A stretch of 64,000 bases of DNA from a virus. The translations under genes were made by a program, and so were the position numbers. The stretch lies in IMG/VR virus record IMGVR_UViG_3300032293_000766, positions 71,212-135,211 of that record, one strand, 5' to 3'. Shown here in pieces: positions 49,531 to 57,822 of the stretch. Every line of letters starts with the position of its first letter. The first letter of the stretch is position 1. Under the pieces are notes generated by a model. The model was not told the DNA's origin. It made no database searches and saw only the letters and a program-made list of their open reading frames with translations.

Positions 49531-50172
49531 TTAAGCTTCGTAAGAATCTTGTGCCTTGTAAGTTGTACTAAATGGCTTTGCTAAACCACCAAAATGATAA
49601 GTTAATTCACCGGGAACTGCTCTAGTTGGACTTGCAGCGTCATCCGTAGCTGCTGTAGAACCATTCTTTTGAACAAACGTTGAACTAACACCAGCATTTG
49701 CTCCGCGTGTTCTTCCCGGCACAACTCCACTGGAAGGTGGTGCCAAGAGATCAAACTTAGTAGTTGCATATTCACCAACTCTACTTGTCTTAACAGTCTT
49801 ATGTATACTGTCACGACTTACTCCAGCGTAATGTGAACCTGGAATATTTAGTAGATTACTGTCTACATTATTAATCTTTGAAGATGCTTCGCCAGCGGTC
49901 TTTAGTAGGAAATTTCTTTCACCAGTTCTTGCGTTTGGAAAATAAGCGAATGTACCACTAGTTTTTGCCTTTGTTACACCGTCTGGATCTGAATATCCAT
50001 CACTTACAGCGCTATTCTCTACTACTTTGGAACCATAATCATTTGATTGAGTTAGTTCATTTAGGTTAACATTTTTTGTAATAGGTGTGCCAGCTTCTAC
50101 TGTTCCACCATTTACAACTGTACCACCATTATTTTTAACTGCGTTTGCGGACTTTGCCTTTGTTGTAGCCAT
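49531..50172 (-). CDS. hypothetical protein, probable late/virion protein
   Basis: 213 aa, A/T/S/G-rich, GGAG RBS, preceded by a GTGTATTA motif. Confidence 0.6.
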   Translation of the reverse strand: MATTKAKSANAVKNNGGTVVNGGTVEAGTPITKNVNLNELTQSNDYGSKVVENSAVSDGYSDPDGVTKAKTSGTFAYFPNARTGERNFLLKTAGEASSKINNVDSNLLNIPGSHYAGVSRDSIHKTVKTSRVGEYATTKFDLLAPPSSGVVPGRTRGANAGVSSTFVQKNGSTAATDDAASPTRAVPGELTYHFGGLAKPFSTTYKAQDSYEA

Positions 50173-50240
50173 ATTATTTCTCCATTATTCAAATATAGTT
50201 TATTCCTTATTTTCCTTGCAAAATCCAAACTCCTAATCTT

Positions 50241-50248
50241 TAATACAC
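50241..50248 (-). promoter_or_regulatory. putative late-promoter motif GTGTATTA
   Basis: Immediately after the sigma-factor stop codon, upstream of the 50172 gene. Confidence 0.4.
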
Positions 50249-50721
50249 TATCCTGCTAGTTTTTCTATTATCCTATTTATCTTTTTTCTTATCTTCTCCC
50301 TATTGGTATTCTTAGATATTGCTATTTCATTTATTGTCATTCTTGATACAAATCTATCTATTAATAGGTGGAAATCTTCTTCATTTCCCACTTCGTCTTT
50401 GAGTTCCAATATTTCTTGATTAAAGTAACTTTGGGGTATATTTTCGTGTAGTTTTCCAGCACACTTCTTGCCCTTATTGTATATCTTAATCTCCTTCATA
50501 CACTCTATAAATACCCCCTTGTATAAGAATGTAGTGAACTTCACGTTCTTAGACTCATCGAATGATTGCATGGCTTTCCATAATGCTGTAAGTTGGCATG
50601 AATAGATAATATCCTTATCTAATTGATTACTAAATCTCTGAGAAGACTTATTCATTATCCTTATATAATCCTTGTTTTTAGCAGCTTTTTCAAAATCTAT
50701 ATTTTCAACAGTTTTTTTCAT
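50248..50721 (-). CDS. phage sigma-70-family RNA polymerase sigma factor
   Basis: Region 2-like ALWKAMQSFDESKNVKFTTFLY; region 4-like HTH MTINEIAISKNTNREKIRKKI. Confidence 0.8.
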   Translation of the reverse strand: MKKTVENIDFEKAAKNKDYIRIMNKSSQRFSNQLDKDIIYSCQLTALWKAMQSFDESKNVKFTTFLYKGVFIECMKEIKIYNKGKKCAGKLHENIPQSYFNQEILELKDEVGNEEDFHLLIDRFVSRMTINEIAISKNTNREKIRKKINRIIEKLAG

Positions 50722-50722
50722 T

Positions 50723-51130
50723 TTATTCCTCTATGAGTGTTTTTTCAATATTCTTTCTGACTTCCTTGAAATTAAACATGTGGCCTATACCTATTAAAAA
50801 CCTATATCTACTATAGATTTTTAGAAGTTCAATACCATCAATCTTATTAAGTTTATCCCTTATTGAATTAGTAATATCAAAATTTGTATGACCAATCCAA
50901 CAATCAAATGTGCTTATTACTTGTATATCATTGATAAGCTGTGGGGAAATTGGCATCATAATATTTTGATTTGCTTCATTCAGTTCTTCGCTTTCCAAAT
51001 CTTCATCCTCAACCTCTTCATCTATAAATCTATTAGACATTAGTTTCATCATTATATTTTGTAAGAATGGAGAAGATATTTGTTTATCTAAGTGGTCTTC
51101 ATATTTTTGCCACCCGATGTTTTTTTTCAT
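50723..51130 (-). CDS. hypothetical protein
   Basis: 135 aa, AGGAG RBS; WIGHTNFDI...GIELLKIYSRYRF. Confidence 0.6.
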   Translation of the reverse strand: MKKNIGWQKYEDHLDKQISSPFLQNIMMKLMSNRFIDEEVEDEDLESEELNEANQNIMMPISPQLINDIQVISTFDCWIGHTNFDITNSIRDKLNKIDGIELLKIYSRYRFLIGIGHMFNFKEVRKNIEKTLIEE

Positions 51131-51140
51131 AAGGACTCCT

Positions 51141-51524
51141 TTATTTTATCATATCTGAAGGTTTTATACAAGGTTCGTCCTTTAGTTTGTCCTTTGCATA
51201 CCTTTCTAACTTTGACTGTTTTTGTTGACTAATGTGACTAAGAATTCTAACTAATTTCTCTTCTTCGCCATCTTTTAGCATAGCATTTTTGATAATATCT
51301 ATTACTTGAAGGTAGCAATTTTCTCCATTCAGTACGTCTAATAGCTTACATAAAGAATTTAATGTCTTTTCATCATATTCTTCTAGGACAATATCAACAA
51401 AAGGTACAGTATCTTTATCTACATAAAACGTAATAGCAACTATACCATTTTCTTCTTTTGCTATATTATCTATTTTTTCTTGCTCAGTTTTTTTGAGCCA
51501 CTTGTCTATGAATTCTTTAAACAT
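51141..51524 (-). CDS. hypothetical protein
   Basis: 127-aa coupled ORF. Confidence 0.6.
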   Translation of the reverse strand: MFKEFIDKWLKKTEQEKIDNIAKEENGIVAITFYVDKDTVPFVDIVLEEYDEKTLNSLCKLLDVLNGENCYLQVIDIIKNAMLKDGEEEKLVRILSHISQQKQSKLERYAKDKLKDEPCIKPSDMIK

Positions 51525-52578
51525 ATTTTTCTATCTTTTCAACAGAGTTATTCCACGTAAATTTCTTCGATGTATCTATTCCAGCAGTATTTACACCTAA
51601 TGAGCCATTTTTTTTCTGATCATGAATATTTCTCATGTGGTATACGCATTGTTCTATTTGATCATCACCCATATTAGCCCAATTACCTTGATTAAAAAAC
51701 CACTTATTGTCAAAGGCTTTTTCTAGTGAAGTTATATTGATAAGTAAACTATTGGCATTGTTGCAGAATTCTGTATGTGCTGAATAATTTGTAACTATTA
51801 CGTGTTTTCCACAAGCCATTACCTCTAACACTTCTAAGTTCCAGCCCTCTGCCCTAGATGGAAAAATGCCACAATCAATTTGAGATATAGTATTATACAC
51901 TTCTTGTTGGGTATTCTTTTTTGGTATAAACCTTATCTTACTACCCAGCTTTGTGTTTATATACTTTCTTTGCCACTCTTTCGTTTCTTCGTCTGATAGA
52001 AAGGGATTGCTATTCATCATCCATAGTTCTACATTATCATTTACCTCAAATGCTTTATTAAAAATTGCTGGAAGTACGTCGTGTCCTTTTCTTATTTCCC
52101 ACTTCCCGCAATTAAAAAATACAGTTTTTGGGTTATTGTTAGGTTCACATGGTTTGAAAATATGTTGATCTACTCCAAGTGGAACTACATGTATTTCTTT
52201 ATCTATGTTGTTATTAAGTAAAACATCTTTTGCCCACTGTGAGCAAACGAATATTTTATCTGGATAAGAAAGATGATGCCTTTCCAAAGCATCAAGAGTA
52301 TCAAGTTCAAATATTGGAAATCCTATATGGCTACCGCGACCAACAAATTGAGCCATATCGTTTTGATGCCATATCCTAACACAAGGGGCGTTATAATCGA
52401 AAAACTTGCTGTTTTTTATACATTCAGAGATTATGTCAGCATCTTCTTGATTGGTAACTTGCGGTTGCCCTATGACAAATAATGACACTTTATTATTTTT
52501 ATGCAGTGACTTTGTAATATTGAGAGCAGTAATGCCATAACCAAGTTGATTTATGGGGCCAATGATATTGAAGTTCAT
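51517..52578 (-). CDS. GT4 (GT-B) glycosyltransferase
   Basis: LGYG, VPLGVD, GKWEIRKG, PSRAEGWNLEVLEVMACGKHVIVTNYSA. Confidence 0.9.
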   Translation of the reverse strand: MNFNIIGPINQLGYGITALNITKSLHKNNKVSLFVIGQPQVTNQEDADIISECIKNSKFFDYNAPCVRIWHQNDMAQFVGRGSHIGFPIFELDTLDALERHHLSYPDKIFVCSQWAKDVLLNNNIDKEIHVVPLGVDQHIFKPCEPNNNPKTVFFNCGKWEIRKGHDVLPAIFNKAFEVNDNVELWMMNSNPFLSDEETKEWQRKYINTKLGSKIRFIPKKNTQQEVYNTISQIDCGIFPSRAEGWNLEVLEVMACGKHVIVTNYSAHTEFCNNANSLLINITSLEKAFDNKWFFNQGNWANMGDDQIEQCVYHMRNIHDQKKNGSLGVNTAGIDTSKKFTWNNSVEKIEKYV

Positions 52579-53135
52579 AGTTTACCTATTATGTGTTGTT
52601 TAAAAAAGAACCATCTATTAAGATTAGAAGTGTCTTGTATAGTATCTATGTGCTTAAGATAGCCTAGTAGTTCTTCCATTGTACCAAAGATGTGTTCGTG
52701 TGGCAACATAAAAAATAACCAGTTTGGGGCATGTTTTTTACCCTGTTCGCACCAAATTAAAACTGGCTTTTTTTGCCTGTTTGCAGTAACAACTTCCTCA
52801 TATGTTCCGCAGGCATGAATGGATATATCAATATGACAGACTATAAAGTCAGATATGTCTACGCACCTTAAGTCTGCGTTTCTAATGTTACCATAGCTAT
52901 GTCTTATTTTTTCATAGCTTTCTTCTGCCTTTAAGTTGTCAATAATCTGACGAGTTTCCTCATCTTCTGATACTGAATGTATAGGCTTATTACAAGGATT
53001 AATAACTTTTACATTCATTGTCTCAAGAAGAGGGGTTATTTTTTCTCTCCACTGTATGCCACCGTCTGGCACTCTATCCATAGCACCTACAAGATATGTC
53101 CTCATACCCTGTAGATTATTTGTCAAATCCATCAT
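52575..53135 (-). CDS. nucleoside 2-deoxyribosyltransferase/N-glycosidase-like protein
   Basis: YLVGAMD...WRE...INP...DLRCVDISDFIV...GTYEE...KPV. Confidence 0.75.
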   Translation of the reverse strand: MMDLTNNLQGMRTYLVGAMDRVPDGGIQWREKITPLLETMNVKVINPCNKPIHSVSEDEETRQIIDNLKAEESYEKIRHSYGNIRNADLRCVDISDFIVCHIDISIHACGTYEEVVTANRQKKPVLIWCEQGKKHAPNWLFFMLPHEHIFGTMEELLGYLKHIDTIQDTSNLNRWFFFKQHIIGKL

Positions 53136-53526
53136 CTATACTCCACCATACTTTGTTAATACCTAAAGACTTAATTATCTCATCACATCTTTCACACGGC
53201 TTGCTACATCGTAAAGCCCCACGCTTATTTAACCTAAGTATAACTAATTTGATTGTGTTATCTATATAGTATCTACCCCAAAGTTTAGAAATGACATCCG
53301 TTTCCGCGTGAAGATATGGATAGTCGGTTTCTTCGTTTAAGAATCTTTTAGAAAGCATCAATGCTTGAGTATGGGTTTTCTCAGGATTATTTTGCCCTAT
53401 AGCCAATAACTTGTTTTTCTTGTACGCAAATGCAAAGTGAAAAAACTTGTTTTTAGTATTTCTTGATTCTTTAGCTTTTGGAAGCAAATCTAACGCAACA
53501 TTATATGATTGTTCAATTATGTTCAT
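53116..53526 (-). CDS. zinc-dependent cytidine-deaminase-fold protein
   Basis: LHAE...SKPCERC. Confidence 0.8.
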   Translation of the reverse strand: MNIIEQSYNVALDLLPKAKESRNTKNKFFHFAFAYKKNKLLAIGQNNPEKTHTQALMLSKRFLNEETDYPYLHAETDVISKLWGRYYIDNTIKLVILRLNKRGALRCSKPCERCDEIIKSLGINKVWWSIDDGFDK

Positions 53527-53993
53527 TTTTTAGGTACTATTAGTGCAATTTGTAGAAATTCTTGTATAGTTTTAACGTCGGCCTTATTGAAAGTAGAGTT
53601 TACTACGTATGTAGCTTCTTTCTTCTTCATGCCAAGAGCAATCAGAGAATCGTAGCAGTCTTTCTGCAAAGCGTTGTAGCCCACTTTGACTTTTTTGACT
53701 TCTTTCTTTACTTGCTCTATTTCTTTTTCCTGCTTGGCAGGCTTAACGGGCTTTGGAGTCCTTGTGGGCTTGTGTGACTGTTGCTGCTTTTGCATCTTTG
53801 GTTGGGTAGTTCGGCAAGAATGACTGACAATAGGTTGCTGTTGATTGTTGTCATAAATATATCCTAATTCATATACGTCACTGAAACCTTTAACGTTTGG
53901 ATTCTGACTATATTTAACAAAGTTGTACAGCGTATACAAAATAAAAACAGAGGCTAATAACTGAGTTAGTCCCTCAAAAGGTTGTGCATTCAT
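53523..53993 (-). CDS. membrane-anchored protein with RuvA C-terminal-like domain
   Basis: N-terminal TM, Q/K/P linker, DCYDSLIALGMKKKEATYVV...IQEFLQIAL. Confidence 0.55.
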   Translation of the reverse strand: MNAQPFEGLTQLLASVFILYTLYNFVKYSQNPNVKGFSDVYELGYIYDNNQQQPIVSHSCRTTQPKMQKQQQSHKPTRTPKPVKPAKQEKEIEQVKKEVKKVKVGYNALQKDCYDSLIALGMKKKEATYVVNSTFNKADVKTIQEFLQIALIVPKK

Positions 53994-54016
53994 AAAAGTC
54001 TTGTCTCCTTAGAAGC

Positions 54017-54044
54017 ATTATAACAAATTATCGTCATTTGTCAA
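54017..54044 (-). promoter_or_regulatory. sigma-70 consensus early promoter
   Basis: TTGACA-16 nt (AATGACGATAATTTGT)-TATAAT upstream of an AAGGAG RBS. Confidence 0.8.
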
Positions 54045-54055
54045 GTGTCAACTTT

Positions 54056-54097
54056 AAAAAAAACAATCCACCCCCACCGATTGATAGGGATGGATTG
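54056..54097 (-). terminator. rho-independent terminator
   Basis: - strand CAATCCATCCCTATC...GGTGGGGGTGGATTG followed by T8. Confidence 0.85.
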
Positions 54098-54116
54098 AAT
54101 TGCTAAACTAAAACAA

Positions 54117-54464
54117 TCATTCTTCTACGGAACCTTCTTCGCTAGTAACTGTTGCATTATTAGCTGGACCAAGAGAAATATCATCTGCCATTACGCAGAC
54201 AGAATTTCTAGGATTACCATTCTTATCTTGATAATCCTCTACTTTGATCTTACCTTGAACGCCAACCAATCTACCCTTGGTCAGATGAGTCTTTAAAGAT
54301 TCAGCCATCTTACCAAAGCATAGGACGTTTAGATATAGCGTTTCGTCGTTTCTACGATCATTAACAGCCATTCTAAACTTTGCCATAGATGTACCCTTTT
54401 GGGTAACATTAAAATCGGCATCCTTAGTCAATCTTCCACAACCAAGCCAAGTATTAATATTCAT
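54117..54464 (-). CDS. ssb: single-stranded DNA-binding protein
   Basis: GRLTKD, FRMAVN, FGKMAE, LTKGRLVGVQG, acidic tail EEGSVEE. Confidence 0.9.
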   Translation of the reverse strand: MNINTWLGCGRLTKDADFNVTQKGTSMAKFRMAVNDRRNDETLYLNVLCFGKMAESLKTHLTKGRLVGVQGKIKVEDYQDKNGNPRNSVCVMADDISLGPANNATVTSEEGSVEE

Positions 54465-54781
54465 CAGACCTCCAATGTAGAGCGAATACGACCTCTAACT
54501 ACTTGAATATTACCATGATTAAAACTGCCAAGAGTGGCACTGTAAATTGAACGCGCTTCATGACGCGACAAACCTAGCAAGCTAGCTGCAAACTCAGTAC
54601 CCTCTCTTGTGTTATCAAATAATCCAAAACCAGACTTGTGAGCAAGAGCGGTGATTGGATTAAGTGTAAAACCACGTAGTGGGCCACTTTGAATTGTAGC
54701 TAATACCTTCTTGTTATTGACTGACCACTTGTATGATCCGGCAATATTATAAAGACGATCCAAAAAATCTGATGTGTTCAT
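54464..54781 (-). CDS. hypothetical protein
   Basis: AAGGAG RBS before MNTSDF. Confidence 0.6.
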   Translation of the reverse strand: MNTSDFLDRLYNIAGSYKWSVNNKKVLATIQSGPLRGFTLNPITALAHKSGFGLFDNTREGTEFAASLLGLSRHEARSIYSATLGSFNHGNIQVVRGRIRSTLEV

Positions 54782-54807
54782 ATCTATCTCCTTTTGCTTT
54801 TTAAAAA

Positions 54808-54984
54808 TCACTCACTTACTACGTTATCCATAGTAATTCCTTTAGAAAGTTCTGATTGACAGTCTTTCAAATAATTACTGAGTTTTACAATTTCTGTTTC
54901 TATCATATTTTTTTGTGCTTGTAGTTCAATGATTTTCTGTTTTACATTTTCTACATGAGCTTCTGCCATAGCTAATATTGACAT
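54808..54984 (-). CDS. small coiled-coil protein (58 aa, not in ORF track)
   Basis: MSILAMAEAHVENVKQKIIELQAQKNMIETEIVKLSNYLKDCQSELSKGITMDNVVSE; AAGGA RBS; fills the gap. Confidence 0.6.
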   Translation of the reverse strand: MSILAMAEAHVENVKQKIIELQAQKNMIETEIVKLSNYLKDCQSELSKGITMDNVVSE

Positions 54985-54993
54985 TTTTTTTCC

Positions 54994-55197
54994 TTATGAA
55001 TATGTTAAGTAATCTAATATTTCTTCGTGTGTCCAATTTCTATTGTAAGCACCATCAGTGGATAATTCTGCTAATTCAATATAATTATGTTCTAACTTGA
55101 ATATTAGTTGGGCTAATATAACATCATTATGACTAACAAAACAATCATTAACTAATTTTTGTATTGCTTCAAGTCTCTCTTCTTTATTATACTCCAT
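54994..55197 (-). CDS. hypothetical protein
   Basis: GGAG RBS before MEYNKEE. Confidence 0.55.
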   Translation of the reverse strand: MEYNKEERLEAIQKLVNDCFVSHNDVILAQLIFKLEHNYIELAELSTDGAYNRNWTHEEILDYLTYS

Positions 55198-55621
55198 CGT
55201 AGTACTCCATGACAATGTTGGCTTCTTTGAAAAGATGTCTAGTTATTTTAAAATCTTCTTCCCACCTGTCAATAGTATTTACTAAAGAAACAACTCTCTT
55301 AATACCAGATTGAATTATTAGCCCAGCACATCTTGGGCATGGCTCAAACGGTATAGTATATAAAGTACAACCTTTTAATGACCTATTAGCGAATAATATA
55401 GCGTTTATCTCACCATGTACTATTATTTTGTATTTTGTGTCTCTATCGTATAGACGTTCATCATCTTCTATTTTCTGAGGAAATCCATTATATCCTACAG
55501 AAACTATACGATTATCTTCATCAACAATAACAGCCCCTACTTGAGTGGACGGGTCTTTTGACCATGATCCTACTAGTTTGGCTAAAACTAAAAACCTATG
55601 ATCCCAACTTTGAATACTCAT
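55187..55621 (-). CDS. dCMP deaminase
   Basis: SKDPSTQVGAVIV, GYNG, HGEINAI, PCPRC. Confidence 0.92.
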   Translation of the reverse strand: MSIQSWDHRFLVLAKLVGSWSKDPSTQVGAVIVDEDNRIVSVGYNGFPQKIEDDERLYDRDTKYKIIVHGEINAILFANRSLKGCTLYTIPFEPCPRCAGLIIQSGIKRVVSLVNTIDRWEEDFKITRHLFKEANIVMEYYDGV

Positions 55622-55754
55622 ACCATAATAGTCCTAAATTGGCAAAAACATACCCAGCCCACATTACACCATGCGGATGATCCTTTTGAGCGAAACAACT
55701 AATACATGTAAATAAATAGCACATTGTTGATATTATGATTGCAGATATAGCCAT
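55596..55754 (-). CDS. small two-TM protein (52 aa, not in ORF track)
   Basis: MAISAIIISTMCYLFTCISCFAQKDHPHGVMWAGYVFANLGLLWYEYSKLGS; starts immediately after the guaC stop. Confidence 0.6.
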   Translation of the reverse strand: MAISAIIISTMCYLFTCISCFAQKDHPHGVMWAGYVFANLGLLWYEYSKLGS

Positions 55755-56912
55755 TTAAACGCCTAAGATTGGATTCTTATTATTGTGTAATGTATTCACT
55801 ATGCAAAACTCTGCACACCTTGGCATATTCTTAATAGAATCTGATCCTATGTAGCAGCAGCATGATCTTATGCCACCTAAAAGTTCTTGAATAACTTGTT
55901 TTAGTTCTCCTTTATATTTTACCACAATTTTAGTACCTTCGCTTGCTCTATAATTTTTGATATTTTTTTCGTATGTATCTTGAGCTACATGGGTACTCAT
56001 ACCATAATATGTGAATGTTACTTTTCTTTTATCTGTGTCATATCCTGGGTCTATTGGTTGCCACCAATCAAATGTTTCCTTGTAATTATCTATATCTTTT
56101 GTAATTTTCATCCTAGACTTATACTCATATTCCCACTCACCTTCACACTCTTCTGTTCCAGCAAAGTATCCACCTAGCATTACAAAGTCTGCACCAGCAC
56201 AAAGAGCTTTTGCTACATCTCCAGAGTTTTTATGCCCACCATCAGAACATACGAGGCCCAGCTTTTTAATTCCATTCTGTAGCCCATGAGCAACGTATGA
56301 ATTTTCTAAACAGGCAGACAATTGAGGTATGCCGCATCCAGTGACGAATCTTGTGCTACATGCAGACCCTCCACCGATACCAACTTTTACAATATCAACC
56401 CCTCCATATATCAATAACTCTTGTGTTGATGATGGGTTAGTGACATTGCCCGCTATTATAATTGATTCTGGAAAATTATCTCTTACCTTCTTGCAATATT
56501 TAACAAATACATCCATATGCCCATTAGGAACATCTATACATATATTTGGTTGCTTACCAAGCTTTTCCTTTATCTCTAGCAGATGATTTATTTCACTGTT
56601 TTTATAACCAATGGATACAAAAGTATAATCTAAATTGTCTGGATATTGCTGAAAATATTTTACAATGTCATCAACTTTATGATACTTGTGTAGACATGCT
56701 ATCATTTTATATCGTGCCAAAGTTTTTGCAATACTGAAACTACAAAAACTCATGTTGGCACAAATAATTGGTATTCCTGTCCAAGATTTAGGACTGTGAT
56801 AAAATTGAAGAGTTTTTTCAAGTTGAATTTCTGATCGACTAGTTAAAGTAGACCTTTGTGGAACTATCAATACATCATCGAAATCTAATTTAGTTTCTTG
56901 TATAATCTTCAT
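55755..56912 (-). CDS. guaC: GMP reductase
   Basis: KLDFDDVLIVPQRSTL, ICANM, CIDVPNGH, KVGIGGGSACSTR, YGMS, YRASEG, LGGIRS; no CBS domains. Confidence 0.88.
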   Translation of the reverse strand: MKIIQETKLDFDDVLIVPQRSTLTSRSEIQLEKTLQFYHSPKSWTGIPIICANMSFCSFSIAKTLARYKMIACLHKYHKVDDIVKYFQQYPDNLDYTFVSIGYKNSEINHLLEIKEKLGKQPNICIDVPNGHMDVFVKYCKKVRDNFPESIIIAGNVTNPSSTQELLIYGGVDIVKVGIGGGSACSTRFVTGCGIPQLSACLENSYVAHGLQNGIKKLGLVCSDGGHKNSGDVAKALCAGADFVMLGGYFAGTEECEGEWEYEYKSRMKITKDIDNYKETFDWWQPIDPGYDTDKRKVTFTYYGMSTHVAQDTYEKNIKNYRASEGTKIVVKYKGELKQVIQELLGGIRSCCCYIGSDSIKNMPRCAEFCIVNTLHNNKNPILGV

Positions 56913-56941
56913 TTTATTTCCTATAAGATAGACAGTGTGAA

Positions 56942-57808
56942 TTAAACAGTCTGTACTGATCGCTTCTTAAGAACCTTATTGACACGTTCAAGCTTTGCTG
57001 TTACTTCAACAACCCATTCACGATTACGCTTCTTAAGATTTTCATGTGCGATATCATTCTTTGTCATGTGAACAACAGTCTTAAAAAGATCTTCAAATTC
57101 ACTGACAACCTCGTATCGACAACACCTAAGTTTCTGACAACGACTATCGTTTGGTACGCTTACAACGTCGCGTGGATTTACCTTGCAAATCATAAGCTTG
57201 TTTCCATTTCCACCCTCATCATCATCAAGATCAATTCCACCATATGACTTGGCATAATCAAACGCTCCAACGTGCAAGCCAGCGGCACAATGATGGTCAC
57301 GATTAGAATTAACTCTACCGCGATCTACTTGACAAACTTTACCAATACTATTATCGAATGTTCCAGAATAGATATCCTTATAGTTCCCCTTTACTGCCTT
57401 ATATGCCAGAAAATGTCCATCTGGAGTGATAGGCATATTCTTATTTTCCATAAAATCAAACAACTCAACGATAGCATGGTCAGATGGATTCTGGCTCATA
57501 TTGTCGAGAAAATTAAGCATTGGCTCAAATGGGTAGCCCTGCTGAATCATATCCATAATTGTTCCCGTAAACATGTCAGGCATAGTAATGCCATCCCACT
57601 GCATCTTGCCATTCTTTGCACTAACATAACCATCGCAATATTCATTTACCTGTGAAACTACATCATACGTAGCCTCAAAGTGTTCAACATTATTGTTCTT
57701 AATATGCTGGATCAAGCGTTCATACCTTGGATGCGACTTGCCAAAAGTGTAGACTTCTCCAGCCATAACTGCTGTAACATTACCATCATTAGCGATTATA
57801 TAGCTCAT
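56942..57808 (-). CDS. rIIB: RIIB-like protein
   Basis: DGHFLAYKAV, CAAGLHVG, KVNPRDVVSVP, KLRCCRYEVV; directly downstream of rIIA. Confidence 0.88.
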   Translation of the reverse strand: MSYIIANDGNVTAVMAGEVYTFGKSHPRYERLIQHIKNNNVEHFEATYDVVSQVNEYCDGYVSAKNGKMQWDGITMPDMFTGTIMDMIQQGYPFEPMLNFLDNMSQNPSDHAIVELFDFMENKNMPITPDGHFLAYKAVKGNYKDIYSGTFDNSIGKVCQVDRGRVNSNRDHHCAAGLHVGAFDYAKSYGGIDLDDDEGGNGNKLMICKVNPRDVVSVPNDSRCQKLRCCRYEVVSEFEDLFKTVVHMTKNDIAHENLKKRNREWVVEVTAKLERVNKVLKKRSVQTV

Positions 57809-57822
57809 GTTTGCTCCTTTAT

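Noticed and set aside
55755-56912. IMP dehydrogenase (guaB)
   Set aside because: Lacks CBS domains and has GuaC-type motifs (PQRSTL, ANM, YRASEG).
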